The notes under the pieces: generated by a model | Databases searched by the model: none | What the model was told of the DNA's origin: nothing | The model's input: only the letters and a program-made list of their open reading frames with translations | Program-made: the position numbers and the translations under genes | Source: Eledone cirrhosa | Taxonomy: Eukaryota | Reading direction: 5' to 3' | NCBI GenBank assembly: GCA_964016885.1 | Contig: OZ024750.1 | Location: 39,308,001 to 39,372,000, forward strand | Length of the DNA stretch: 64,000 nucleotides | Shown here: positions 38,225 to 51,900 of the stretch, one piece after another | How positions within the stretch are numbered: the stretch's first letter is position 1 | Layout: each line of letters opens with the position of its first letter

Positions 38225-39065
38225 TGAGGAGAGAGCCGGTGATGGGTGTTGTGAAGGGGATGTCTGGGTCATGTGTTGAGGACTGGGGGAGAGGAGAGAG
38301 CCGGTGATGGGTGTTGTGAAGGGGATGTCTGGGTCATGTGTTGAGGAATGATGGAGGTGACTGGGTGAGAGGATAGTCAGTGATGGGTGTTGTGAAGGGG
38401 ATGTGGAATGAGATGTCTGGGTCATGTGTTGAGGTCTGGGTCATGTGTTGAGGACTGGGTGAGAGGAGAGAGCTAGTGATGGGTGTTGTGAAGGGGATGT
38501 GGAATGGATGTCTGGGTCATGTGTTGAGGACTGGGTGAGAGGATAGAGCTGGTGATGGGTGTTGTGAAGGGGATGTCTGGGTCATGTGTTGAGGACTGGG
38601 GGAGAGGATAGAGCTGGTGATGGGTGTTGTGAAGGGGATGTGGAATGAGATGTCTGGGTCATGTGTTGAGGACTGGGGGAGAGGATAGAGCTGGTGATGG
38701 GTGTTGTGAAGGGGATGTGGAATGAGATGTCTGGGTCATGTGTTGAGGACTGGGGGAGAGGATAGAGCTGGTGATGGGTGTTGTGAAGGGGATGTGGAAT
38801 GAGATGTCTGGGTCATGTGTTGAGGACTGGGGGAGAGGATAGAGCTGGTGATGGGTGTTGTGAAGGGGATGTGGAATGAGATGTCTGGGTCGTGTGTTGA
38901 GGACTGGGTGAGAGGATAGAGCTGGTGATGGGTGTTGTGAAGGGGATGTGGAATGAGATGTCTGGGTCGTGTGTTGAGGAAAGTAGGAAGTAATTGTGTG
39001 GAGAGTAGCCAGTAATGGATGTTGTGAAGAGAAATGGAATCAGATGATTCGGTCATGTGTTGAGG
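38225..39065. repeat. About 77-bp G-rich tandem repeat
   Basis: GTCATGTGTTGAGGACTGGGGGAGAGGATAGAGCTGGTGATGGGTGTTGTGAAGGGGATGTGGAATGAGATGTCTGG; period 77 (38581, 38658). Confidence 0.88.
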
Positions 39066-39651
39066 AAGAAAGAAATTGAGTGGGTGAGAGAAATAGAGCC
39101 AGTGGTGAATGTTGTGAAAAGAAATGAAATGGCTGTGTCATATATATCTCTCTCCTAATTATATCTCCTAATCTTTTTCACTATATATATGTAAGGGCGG
39201 TGCCCCAGCATGGCCTCAGCCGGATGGCTGGTACGAGTAAAAGAGTAATATATATATATATACAAATAAAATTATCGAGAATCGGAACTTCGGCCCACAA
39301 AATAACGAAAAACAATCTTCGAAATGTGCGGCAAAGTGCTCAATGGTTCGGATGAACCAGAGCTATAACTAACGTTTAATACCAACACACTGAGACGATG
39401 CTTAAACAATCATTCGCACAGCCAAAAATACAATCAAGTAATTCGGGTCAAACAAATAAAAATATACATGATTGAAAAATTTACCCGGAGCTCCTGAAAA
39501 GATGGTAAAATCCAGCATTTAGGTTTCTGCGGCTCCTAAATCAGGTACCGTCCGCCTACATAAAAAATGTCCGGCTTCTGGTAAGATGATGAACAAGGTA
39601 GTCGCTTTTTCAACAGGCCTTTAGTTCAATAATACAGGGGAAGACCCTTAC

Positions 39652-39682
<31 letters not shown>

Positions 39683-39763
39683 TCTTTTACCTGTTTCAGC
39701 CATCCGGCTGAGGCCAATTCAATTTTATTAAATAAATGGAAACTATATTTATAAAACCATATT

Positions 39764-39825
39764 TATTCTATTATATATATTTCAAGGGTACCAAAAGCTT
39801 TGGTACGCTTTCATCAGATAAAATA
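39764..39825 (-). ncRNA. Putative minimal type-I hammerhead ribozyme (best-formed copy)
   Basis: - strand TATTTTAT-CTGATGA-AAGCGTACCAAA-gct-TTTGGTACCCTT-GAAA-TATATA-TA|ATAGAATA; complete core, stem II 11 of 12 paired, palindromic stem III. Confidence 0.6.
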
Positions 39826-39888
39826 TAAAATATATATTTATTTATGTATAGATGTGTATGTATTTATTTCATTGCTTTCTCCATTTAG

Positions 39889-40037
39889 ATCTGTTAATTG
39901 TCAGTTTGGTGGAGGATATGGTGAAAGTATTGGCTGAAAATACCCACTGTACTGCCCCTTTACAGCAGCGTCTCTTACCAACCTTGATTAGTATATTTCA
40001 CGCTTTGCCCGACAAAGTTCCTCCCGGTTTGCCTGCA
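39889..40037 (+). CDS. IPO9: Importin-9 exon 16
   Basis: DLLIVSLVEDMVKVLAENTHCTAPLQQRLLPTLISIFHALPDKVPPGLPA; tag/gtaagt. Confidence 0.93.
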
Positions 40038-41826
40038 GTAAGTACTTTTACCATTCACACAGCTTCACATAGATTTCTAATGTTTCTCAAGTTCTATTAT
40101 TTCTTACGTTACCTGGTCACTAATGATACACCTGTAGCTCTCAGACAGATGTATGGTTCTGTAACTCCCGAGGGAGTCATAGGGGTGCTGTATTATATGA
40201 AGTCTCTAGGGTATTTTGTAACCCAGGCAGAGCCCATGTTATCTCCAGGCCTGAATACAGCAGATTTTTTCCAGAGTAGGATAGAGAGTCTGAGAGAATG
40301 GAAGTGAGAAAGAGTTATAGATGAAGGATTGAGCCCAGTACTTGACTGGTATTTTTTTATCGACTTTGAATGGATCAAAGGCAAAGTTAACTTCAGCAGG
40401 ATTTGAACTCGGAGAGCAGGGAACCAAAATAAGTATGATAAAGCATTCTATCCAACATTCTAATGACTCTGCCAATTCGCAGCCGCTCTCAGACAAATAT
40501 AGAATGTAATAGTTTGGAGTTCTTTGATGGATAAATTGACTTCCAAATTAGATTTAGACATGTCTTTTCTCATACTATTTCAATTTTATTCTTTGACTTT
40601 AGTCATGCTGATCTGTGCTTAATCCTTTAACATCTTCATTACTCTATATATACTATTGTATTTTCACAGTAAAGGCTTTACCTCACATAATATCTCACAT
40701 AACATTTACATTACTCTATATATACTATTGTATTTTCACAGCAAAGGCTTTACCTCACATAATATCTCGCATAACATTTACATTACTCTATATATACTAT
40801 TGTATTTTCACAGTAAAGGCTTTACCTCACATAATATCTCACATAACATTTACATTACTCTATATATACTATTGTATTTTCACAGTAAAGGCTTTACCTC
40901 ACATAATATCTCACATAACATTTACATTACTCTATATATACTATTGTATTTTCACAGCAAAGGCTTTACCTCACATAATATCTCGCATAACATTTACATT
41001 ACTCTATATATACTATTGTATTTTCACAGTAAAGGCTTTACCTCACATAATATCTCACATAACATTTACATTACTCTATATATACTATTGTATTTTCACA
41101 GTAAAGGCTTTACCTCACATAATATCTCACATAACATTTACATTACTCTATATATACTATTGTATTTTCACTGTAAAGGCTTTACCTCACATAATATTTC
41201 ACATAACATTTACATTACTCTATATATACTATTGTATTTTCACAGTAAAGGCTTTACCTCACATAATATCTCCCATAACATTTACATTACTCTATATATA
41301 CTATTGCATTTTCACAGTAAAGGCTTTCCCTCACATAACATTTACATTACTCTATATATACTATTGTATTTTCATGGTAATGGCTTTACTTCACATAATA
41401 TCTCACATGATATCGAATTTATAAGATTTTGATATTATTTATTTTGACAACAATACCTTAACATCAGTATGAGCAGCTGGTTACAGCCAGTTTGAACAGA
41501 AAGAGGTGAGAGAATTCTGACTGGATACGGCCTGATACATTTTTATTTTCTGTTTTTCAGGTCTGGTATTTATTTTATTGATCTCTCTTGATCAAATTGC
41601 TAGGCTATTGGATATACTCATAGACACATTTATAACAACATACATTGATGGACACACACACACACACACACACCCACATCATCATCATCGTTTAATGTCT
41701 ATCTTCCATGCTAGCATGGGTCAGACGGTTTTGTTGCATTTGATGCGGCAATGGTCGTGAGACCGTGTCTCGCTCGCACGGAAGGTCTTTTTACAGCTGG
41801 ATGCCCTTCCTAACACCAACCACATT

Positions 41827-44800
41827 TACAGTGTGGACTGGGGGCTTTTTAACTGTCTCCTACACGGTCACCTTATAGTGTGGACTGGGGGCCTTTTAAC
41901 CGTGTCTCCTACAAGGCCACCTTATAGTGTGGACTGGGGGCCTTTTAACCGTGTCTCCTACATGGCCACCTTATAGTGTGGACTGGGGGCCTTTTAACCG
42001 TGCCTCCTACACAGTCACCGTATAGTGTGGACTGGGGGCCTTTTAACCGTGTCTCCTACACGGCCACCTTATAGTGTGGACTGGGGGCCTTTTAACCGTG
42101 TCTCCTACACGGCCACCTTATAGTGTGTACTGGGGGCCTTTTAACCGTGTCTCCTACAAGGCCACCTTATAGTGTGGACTGGGGGCCTTTTAACCGTGTC
42201 TCCTACATGGCCACCTTATAGTGTGGACTGGGGGCCTTTTAACCGTGCCTCCTACACGGTCACCGTATAGTGTGGACTGGGGGCCTTTTAACCGTGTCTC
42301 CTACACGGCCACCTTATAGTGTGGACTGGGGGCCTTTTAACCGTGTCTCCTATATGGCCACCTTACAGTGTGGACTGGGGGCCTTTTAACTGTGTCTCCT
42401 ACACGGTCACCTTATAGTGTGGACTGGGAGCCTTTTAACCGTGTCTCCTACATGGTCACCTTACAGTGTGGACTGGGGGCCTTTTAACTGTGTCTCCTAC
42501 ACGGTCACCTTATAGTGTGAACTGGGGGCCTTTTAACTGTCCCCTACACGGCCACCTTACAGTGTGGACTGGGGGCCTTTTAACTGTGTCTCCTACACGG
42601 TCACCTTATAGTGTGGACTGGGGGCCTTTTAACCGTGTCTCCTACACGGCCACCTTACAGTGTGGACTGGGGGCCTTTTAACTGTGTCTCCAACACGGCC
42701 ACCTTATAGTGTGGACTGGGAGCCTTCTTACTGTGTCTCCTACACGGCCACCTTACAGTGTGGACTGGGGGCCTTTTAACTGTGTCTCCTACATGGCCAC
42801 CTTATGGTGTGGACTGGGGGCCTTTTAACTGTGTCTCCTACACGGCCACCTTATAGTGTGGACTGGGAGCCTTCTTACTGTGTCTCCTACATGGCCACCT
42901 TACAGTGTGGACTGGGGGCCTTTTAACTGTGTCTCCTACATGGCCACCTTATGGTGTGAACTGGGGGCCTTTTAACTGTGTCTCCTACACGGCCACCTTA
43001 CAGTGTGGACTGGGGGCCTTTTAACTGTGTCTCCTACACGGCCACCTTATAGTGTGGACTGGGGGCCTTTTAACTGTGTCTCCTACATGGCCACCTTATG
43101 GTGTGGACTGGGGGCCTTTTAACTGTGTCTCCATCACGGCCACTTTATAGTGTGGACTGGGGGCCTTTTAACTGTGTCTCCTACACGGTCACCTTATAGT
43201 GTGGACTGGGGGCCTTTTAACTGTGTCTCCTACACGGCCACCTTATGGTGTGGACTGGGGGCCTTTTAACTGTGTCTCCTACACGGTCATCTTATAGTGT
43301 GGACTGGGGGCCTTTTAACTGTGTCTCCTACACGGTCATCTTATGGTGTGGACTGGGGGCCTTTTAACTGTGTCTCCTACATGGTCATCTTATAGTGTGG
43401 ACTGGGGGCCTTTTAACTGTGTCTCCTACACGGTCACCTTATAGTGTGGACTGGGGGCCTTTTAACTGTGTCTCCTACACGGTCATCTTATAGTGTGGAC
43501 TGGGGGCCTTTTAACTGTGTCTCCTACACGGTCATCTTATGGTGTGGACTGGGGGCCTTTTAACTGTGTCTCCTACACGGTCATCTTATGGTGTGGACTG
43601 GGGGCCTTTTAACCGTGTCTCCTACACGGTCACCTTATAGTGTGAACTGGGGGCCTTTTAACTGTGTCTCCTACACGGCCACCTTACAGTGTGGACTGGG
43701 GGCCTTTTAACTGTGTCTCCTACACGGCCACTTTATAGTGTGGACTGGGGGCCTTTTAACTGTGTCTCCTACACGGTCACCTTATAGTGTGGACTGGGGG
43801 CCTTTTAACTGTGTCTCCTACACGGCCACCTTATGGTGTGGACTGGGGGCCTTTTAACTGTGTCTCCTACACGGTCATCTTATAGTGTGGACTGGGGGCC
43901 TTTTAACTGTGTCTCCTACACGGTCATCTTATGGTGTGGACTGGGGGCCTTTTAACTGTGTCTCCTACATGGTCATCTTATAGTGTGGACTGGGGGCCTT
44001 TTAACTGTGTCTCCTACACGGTCACCTTATAGTGTGGACTGGGGGCCTTTTAACTGTGTCTCCTACACGGTCATCTTATAGTGTGGACTGCGGGCCTTTT
44101 AACTGTGTCTCCTACACGGTCATCTTATGGTGTGGACTGGGGGCCTTTTAACTGTGTCTCCTACACGGTCATCTTATAGTGTGGACTGGGGGCCTTTTAA
44201 CTGTGTCTCCTACATGGTCACCTTATAGTGTGGACTGGGGGCCTTTTAACTGTGTCTCCTACATGGTCACCTTATAGTGTGGACTGGGGGCCTTTTAACT
44301 GTGTCTCCTACACGGTCATCTTATGGTGTGGACTGGGGGCCTTTTAACTGTGTCTCCTACATGGTCACCTTATAGTGTGGACTGGGGGCCTTTTAACTGT
44401 GTCTCCTACATGGTCACCTTATAGTGTGGACTGGGGGCCTTTTAACTGTGTCTCCTACATGGTCACCTTATAGTGTGGACTGGGGGCCTTTTAACTGTGT
44501 CTCCTACACGGTCATCTTATGGTGTGGACTGGGGGCCTTTTAACTGTGTCTCCTACATGGTCACCTTATAGTGTGGACTGGGGGCCTTTTAACTGTGTCT
44601 CCTACATGGTCACCTTATAGTGTGGACTGGGGGCCTTTTAACTGTGTCTCCTACATGGTCACCTTATAGTGTGGACTGGGGGCCTTTTAACTGTGTCTCC
44701 TACACGGTCATCTTATGGTGTGGACTGGGGGCCTTTTAACTGTGTCTCCTACATGGTCACCTTATAGTGTGGACTGGGGGCCTTTTAACTGTGTCTCCTA

Positions 44801-45020
44801 CATGGTCACCTTATAGTGTGGACTGGGGGCCTTTTAACTGTGTCTCCTACACGGTCATCTTATGGTGTGGACTGGGGGCCTTTTAACTGTGTCTCCTACA
44901 CGGTCATCTTATGGTGTGGACTGGGGGCCTTTTAACTGTGTCTCCTACATGGTCACCTTATAGTGTGGACTGGGGGCCTTTTAACTGTGTCTCCTACACG
45001 GCCACCTTATAGTGTGGACT
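41827..45020. repeat. 49-bp satellite, about 65 copies, grown from a SINE B module. Sister arrays at 50540-51300 and 60990-61560
   Basis: TAGTGTGGACTGGGGGCCTTTTAACTGTGTCTCCTACACGGTCACCTTA; continuous with SINE sequence at 41680-41830. Confidence 0.93.
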
Positions 45021-47384
45021 GTTGTGTCATCGACACAGTGGATGGAACGGGAGAGGGAGCATGATGTGGAGGGTGGGGTGTACATTGGATTAAGAGGTGC
45101 CTACTGACTGTAGGTTTGTATGCAATGGTAGTTGGGTCTTCTGTACAATTGCATGACACCAATCCAGTGTCTCAATCCAGTGTCATTTTCTTAGAGAGGT
45201 GTGAGCAAGGTCAGTTTTTATCACCTCGTCCCAGGTTTTTCTTGCTCTACCCACTCCGTAGCTTCCATCAATTTTCATTGCCCTGCACTTTTTTATACAG
45301 CTGTCTGCCTTTATATATATATATATAGATATATATAGACACACACACAAATGGTGATTTACACATATACACCCAGTACACTCTGTAAAAGTATTAGTGA
45401 TAGGAAGGGTATCCTGCCACAGAAAACCTGCCAAACAAAGTCAGGAGAACCCTTCAACTGTGTGAAAGACATAACAACTGTCATGGTGTTAATCTACTTT
45501 AAGTATGGTAGATATAGAGCTAAGTTACTGAACTGTTACAGGAGCTATTGTTTCTGGAGAACATAAACAAATATCACCTCTCTTATATAAACAGTATTGA
45601 TATTATGTTTAGGTAAAAATTTAATGTCAAAATTTATGTAAATGTATTAGTTTTTTTAAAAACTAGTCCAGGAACTTAATACCGGGAACTTAATTCCAGA
45701 TTGATAGTTGCTAAGTTATAACATATGTCAACAGCTACAGGTTATTTAAATGTATTAGTAAATGTAATAGTAAATGTATTAGTTTTTTTAAAACTAAACT
45801 AGTCCGTGAACTTAATACTACCTCGTATGTTCCAGATTGATAGTTGCTAAGTTATAACATATGTCAACACCTACAGGTTATTTAAATGTATTAGTAAATA
45901 TATTAGTGTATTTAAAACTGAACTAGTCCGTGAACTTAACCCTTAAGTATTCACATTCGATATTATGTGAAATAATTATGTGAGATAAAGCCTTTACCAT
46001 GAAAATATAATAGTATATATAGAGTAATTGTTTCTACTTTAGGCACAAGGCCAGCAATTACCCAGTGCATTACTGGTACTTTATTTTATCGACCCCGTAA
46101 GGATGAAAGGCAAAGTCAATCCCGCCGAGGTTGACTTTGCCTTTCATCCTTACGGGGTCGATAAAATAAAGTACCAGTAATGCACTGGGTAATTGCTGGC
46201 CTTGTGCCTAAAGTAGAAACAATTACTCTATATATACTATTATATTTTCATGGTAAAGGCTTTATCTCACATAATTATTTCACATAATATCGAATCTGAG
46301 ATTTTGAAAGTATTTATTTTGAGAACAATACCTTAACATCAGTTTGAGCGACCAGTTACAGCCAGTTTCAACAGTAATAGGTAGAGAATTCTGGCCGGTT
46401 TGAACATTAAAGGGTTAATACTACCTCATATGTCCAGATTGATAGCTTAATAACTATGTCAACACCTACAGGTTATTTCTAAAGAAATAGCTACTATATA
46501 CTTCCAAAGCTAATCTAGTTAATATAATTTATTACAAAGGTTCTTAAACTTTTGGTGTCACTGCCTCGCCCGCCACATAATACCCTCAACACCCCACCCC
46601 TATTTCCAGAGAGACCTACCTACACACAAATTGTAAATAATATATAATAAATATAATATATACTATATAAAATATATATTATATATTTTATTTTACTATA
46701 TTTGTATATAATATGTATGATTTGATATTTAATATAATGTTATATCATCTCTACCTGAGGTCCCATCACCCCCACCCCCCTCGACTTTTGAGAAACTCTT
46801 GATATACTATTATATCATCTCTACCACTGCCTGAGGCCTTTGAGAACCTCTTGATATACTATAATGTTGATTAAATCTTCCGAATCAGACTCTCACGACA
46901 CATTAAATATGAAACATTATCGTATTTATAGCCAAATATCATCATCATCATTTTACGTCCGCTTTTCCCTGCTTGCAAGGGTGGGACTGGAACTGATTCT
47001 GGCTTGATTTCTACAGCTGGATGCCCTTCCTAACACCAACCTCATTTACAGTGAGTGCTGGGTGCTTTTTTTCCGTTGGCACCTCCAAGTCCACTTCAGT
47101 GTGGGCTGGGTGCTTTTTTTGCTGTGGCACCTCCACGACCACTTTGCAGTGGAATGATAGGGACCCCAGTCCTATCATCTCATTTCTACAGCTGAGTAAA
47201 CTGGAGCAATGTGAAATAAAGTGTCTTGCTCAAGGAAACAACACATCACCCGGTCTGAGAATTGAATTCAGTCTTTCAATTGCAAGCCCAATGCTCTAAC
47301 CACTAAGCCATGTGCCTCCAAATATAATTTTTATATTTAAGAGTTTGATAACAAATAAACTGTTTTTATGAAGGGGAGGACATG

Positions 47385-48935
47385 TCAACCTACCTAGTAC
47401 TGGTGACATGTTAGTGTAGGAACATAGGTTAACCTCTCTAGTGGTGGTGACATGTTAGTGTAGGAACATAGGTTAACCTCTCTAGTGGTGGTGACATGAT
47501 ATTGTAGGAACATAGGTTAACCTCTCTAGTACTGGTGACATGAGAGCGTAGGAACATATCTTAACCTCTCTAGTACTGGTGACATGAGAGTGTAGGAACA
47601 TATCTTAACCTCTCTAGTACTGGTGACATGAGAGTGTAGGAACATATCTTAACCTCTCTAGTACTGGTGACATGATATTGTAGGAACATAGGTTAACCTC
47701 TCTAGTGGTGGTGACATGTTAATGTAGGAACATAGGTTAACCTCCCTAGTACTGGTGACATGAGAGCGTAGGAACATATCTTAACCTCTCTAGTACTGGT
47801 GACATGAGAGTGTAGGAACATATCTTAACCTCTCTAGTACTGGTGACATGAGAGTGTAGGAACATATCTTAACCTCTCTAGTACTGGTGACATGAGAGTG
47901 TAGGAACATATCTTAACCTCTCTAGTACTGGTGACATGATATTGTAGGAACATAGGTTAACCTCTCTAGTGGTGGTGACATGTTAGTGTAGGAACATAGG
48001 TTAACCTCTCTAGTACTGGTGACATGAGAGCGTAGGAACATATCTTAACCTCTCTAGTACTGGTGACATGAGAGTGTAGGAACATATCTTAACCTCTCTA
48101 GTACTGGTGACATGATATTGTAGGAACATAGGTTAACCTCTCTAGTGGTGGTGACATGTTAGTGTAGGAACATAGGTTAACCTCCCTAGTACTGGTGACA
48201 TGATAGAGCATGGGTACCTATGTTAATCTCCCTAGTACTGGTGACATGATAGAGCATGGGTACCTATGTTAATCTCCCTAGTACTGGTGACATGATAGAG
48301 CCTGGGTACCTATGTTAACCTCTCTAGTACTGGTGACATGATAGAGCCTGGGTACCTATGTGAACCTCTCTAGTACTGGTGACATGATAGAGCCTGGGTA
48401 CCTATGTTAACCTCTCTAGTACTGGTGAAATGATAGAGCCTGGGTACCTATGTTAACCTCTCTAGTACTGGTGACATGATAGAGCCTGGGTACCTATGTT
48501 AACCTCCCTAGTACTGGTGACATGTTAGAGCCTGGGTACCTATGTTAACCTCCCTAGTACTGGTGACATGATTGAGCCTGGGTACCTATGTTAACCTCCC
48601 TAGTACTGGTGACATGATAGAGCATGGGTACCTATGTTAACCTCCCTAGTACTGGTGAAATGATAGAGCCTGGGTACCTATGTTAACCTCCCTAGTACTG
48701 GTGAAATGATAGAGCCTGGGTACCTATGTTAACCTCCCTAGTACTGGTGACATGATAGAGCATGGGTACCTATGTTAACCTCCCTAGTACTGGTGACATG
48801 ATAGAGCATGGGTACCTATGTTAACCTCCTAGTACTGGTGGCATGATAGAGCCTGGGTACCTAGGTGAACCTCCCTAGTACTGGTGACATGATAGAGCCT
48901 GGGTACCTATGTTAACCTCCTAGTACTGGTGGCAT
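47385..48935. repeat. 44/46-bp tandem array with two sub-domains
   Basis: TAGGAACATA(GG/TC)TTAACCTCTCTAGTACTGGTGACATG units to about 48200, then CTGGGTACCTATGTTAACCTCCCTAGTACTGGTGACATGATAGAGC units. Confidence 0.9.
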
Positions 48936-51900
48936 GTGTAAGCGAGACGTTGGCCCCCAGCTTATCTGAAAGATCAGTAGCTCTGCTTGGCCCCTGACCT
49001 GGTCTGTAAAAATCCATCCAACCCTTGCAAGACATGTTAAATGATGATGATGGTGATTATCATCATTCTCCTATCCACTTGGTTGGATCAGATGTTTATA
49101 GACAGGTCTTCTACAGCTAAATGTCCTTCCTGATGCCAACATAAACCTTATTTTAAGAATGGTACATAACAGAGCTGACATTTGTTGAACTGTTACATTA
49201 CAGGAAGTATTGTTTGTGGAGAAACATAAACAAATATCACCACTGGTGTTTCATCAAGTCAGAATACAGATCTGTATGAGCAGGATGTGGTCACTGTGTC
49301 TGACTTGTCTTTTAACGTGACAACTTGTATAACCTATGTAAGCTTGGAAAATGGACGTTAACCCTTTAGCATTTACATCACTCTATATTTACTATTGTAT
49401 TTTCACAGTAAACACTTTATTTCACATAATTATCTCACATAATATTGAATTTTTTATAAGATTTTGATATTATTTATTTTGAGAACAATACCTTAACATC
49501 AGTATGAGTGGTTGGTTTCAACAGGAAGAGGTGAGAGAATTCTGGCCGGATATGGCTGGTTTAAATGCTAAAGCATTAAACGATGATAGCGTGTTCATGT
49601 CACGCGTGCAAGTGCATGCATGCATGCATGCACGCGTGCCTACAGGGATTTCTAAAGAAATAACTACTATATACTTCCGAAGCTAATCTAGTTAATATAA
49701 ACTACAATGTTGATGATTAAATCTTTTGAATCAGACATTTTCTTACTACACATTAAATACGAAACATTGTGGTATTTATAGGGAAATGTAATTTTTATAT
49801 TTAAGATTTCAATAACAAATAAACTGCAGTCCAGTTTTTCCTAGTTTGCATGGGTTGGACAGGACTTTTTAACCCTTTAGCATTCACATTACTCTGTGGA
49901 TTGGCAGTATCAGTAGAGAGTCGGACGCCATGCTTTCCAGCATAGTTACGTCCCTTTACGGTCTGAGTTCAAATCCCGCCGAGGTTAACTTTGCCTTTCA
50001 TCCTTACGGGGTCGATAAAATAAAGTACCAGTAATGTACTGAGTAATTGCTGGCCTTGTGCCAAAAGTAGAAACAATTACTCTATATATACTATTATATT
50101 TTCATGGTAAATGCTTTATCTTACATAATTATCTCACATAATATCGAATCTGAGATTTTGTAAGTATTTATTTTGAGAACAATACCTTAACATAAGTATG
50201 AGTGACCAGTTACACCCAGTTTCAACAGAAAGAGGTAGAGAATTCTGGCTGGTTTTGGCCGGTTTGAACATTAAAGGGTTAAGGCAAGTTTTCTAGGGCT
50301 GGATGTCCTTCCTGGCATCAATTTGTTGAATAACTCTGCTATAGTATGTATTGTTTATGGAGTGTCATAAATAAATGTTGGTACTCACCATCATCATCAT
50401 CGTTTAATGTCCACATTCCATGTTAGCATGGGTTAGACAGGTTGTGCCATTTGAGGCAAGTGACCATATCCTGCACATACAGAACTGGGTCTCGCTAGAT
50501 TTCTATAGCTGGATGCCCTTCCTAACACCAACCACATTTACAGCATGGACTGGGTGCTTTTTGTCATGACATCTACAGGACCACTTTACAGTGTGGACTG
50601 GGTGCTTTTTGTCGTGACATCTACAGGACCACTTTACAGTGTGGACTGGGTGCTTTTTGTCGTGACACCTACAGGACCCCTTTACAGTGTGGACTGGGTA
50701 CTTTTTGTCATGACACCTACATGACCCCTTTACAGTGTGGACTGGGTGCTTTTTGTTGTGACACCTACAGGACCACTTTACAGTGTGTACTGGGTACTTT
50801 TTGTCATGACACCTACACAACCCCTTTACAGTGTGTACTGGGTACTTTTTGTTGTGACACCTACAGGACCACTTTACAGTGTATACTGGGTGCTTTTTGT
50901 CATGACACCTACACAACCACTTTACAGTGTGGACTGGGTACTTTTTGTTGTGACACCTACAGGACCACTTTACAGTGTATACTGGGTACTTTTTGTCATG
51001 ACACCTACACAACCACTTTACAGTGTGTACAGGGTACTTTTTGTTGTGACACCTACAGGACCACTTTACAGTGTATACTGGGTACTTTTTGTCATGACAC
51101 CTACACAACCACTTTACAGTGTGTACAGAGTACTTTTTGTCATGACACCTACATGACCACTTTACAGTGTGTACAGGGTACTTTTTGTCATGACACCTAC
51201 ACAACCACTTTACAGTGTGGACTGGGTACTTTTTGTCGTGACACCTACAGGACCCCTTTACTGTGTGGACTGGGTACTTTTTACCTACACAACCACTTTA
51301 CAGTACTGGCTTTTATAAATCATGTTATGACATTCACAGTGACTGATATAGATATTGGTCAACTTAGACATTAGGGGTAATCTACACTGAATTCTGTCTC
51401 ACGCCCAGAGGCTCATCAGGTTGGTGCTTATTCTAGTTTTTGTGAGTACAAGACTTACCCCTGGACAGGGTACCAGTCCACCACAGAGTTAAACCCCCAG
51501 CTATTGCTGGTACTTGTTTTCAACTGAGTATACTGGAGCAACGTGAAATGAAGTGTTTTGCTCAAGAACACACAACACAGAACCCAATCCAGGAATCAAA
51601 CCCACAACATTATGATTGTAAGTCCAACACCTTTACTATTAGGCCATAGATAACCTACACATACCTATATGTACATATATACATACACATTTTATTAAAG
51701 ATGTGTGCATGTATATATATATATATATCTGTGTGTGTGTGTATTATGCTGGTACCACGAAACATCCGGCCGACACTGTAAAGTGGTCGTATAGGTGTCA
51801 CAACAAAAAGCACCCTGCACGCACTATCAATGTGGTTGGTGTTAGGAAGGACATCCAGCCATAGAAAACCAGCCAATAACACTCCTATATGAGCAAGACA

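Noticed and set aside
41540-41660. Strong acceptor-like TTTTCTGTTTTTCAG at 41560 and ORF ISLDQIARLLDILIDTF as an extra IPO9 exon
   Set aside because: Exons 16 and 17 already join in frame with no missing residues; no convincing in-frame exon with a donor.
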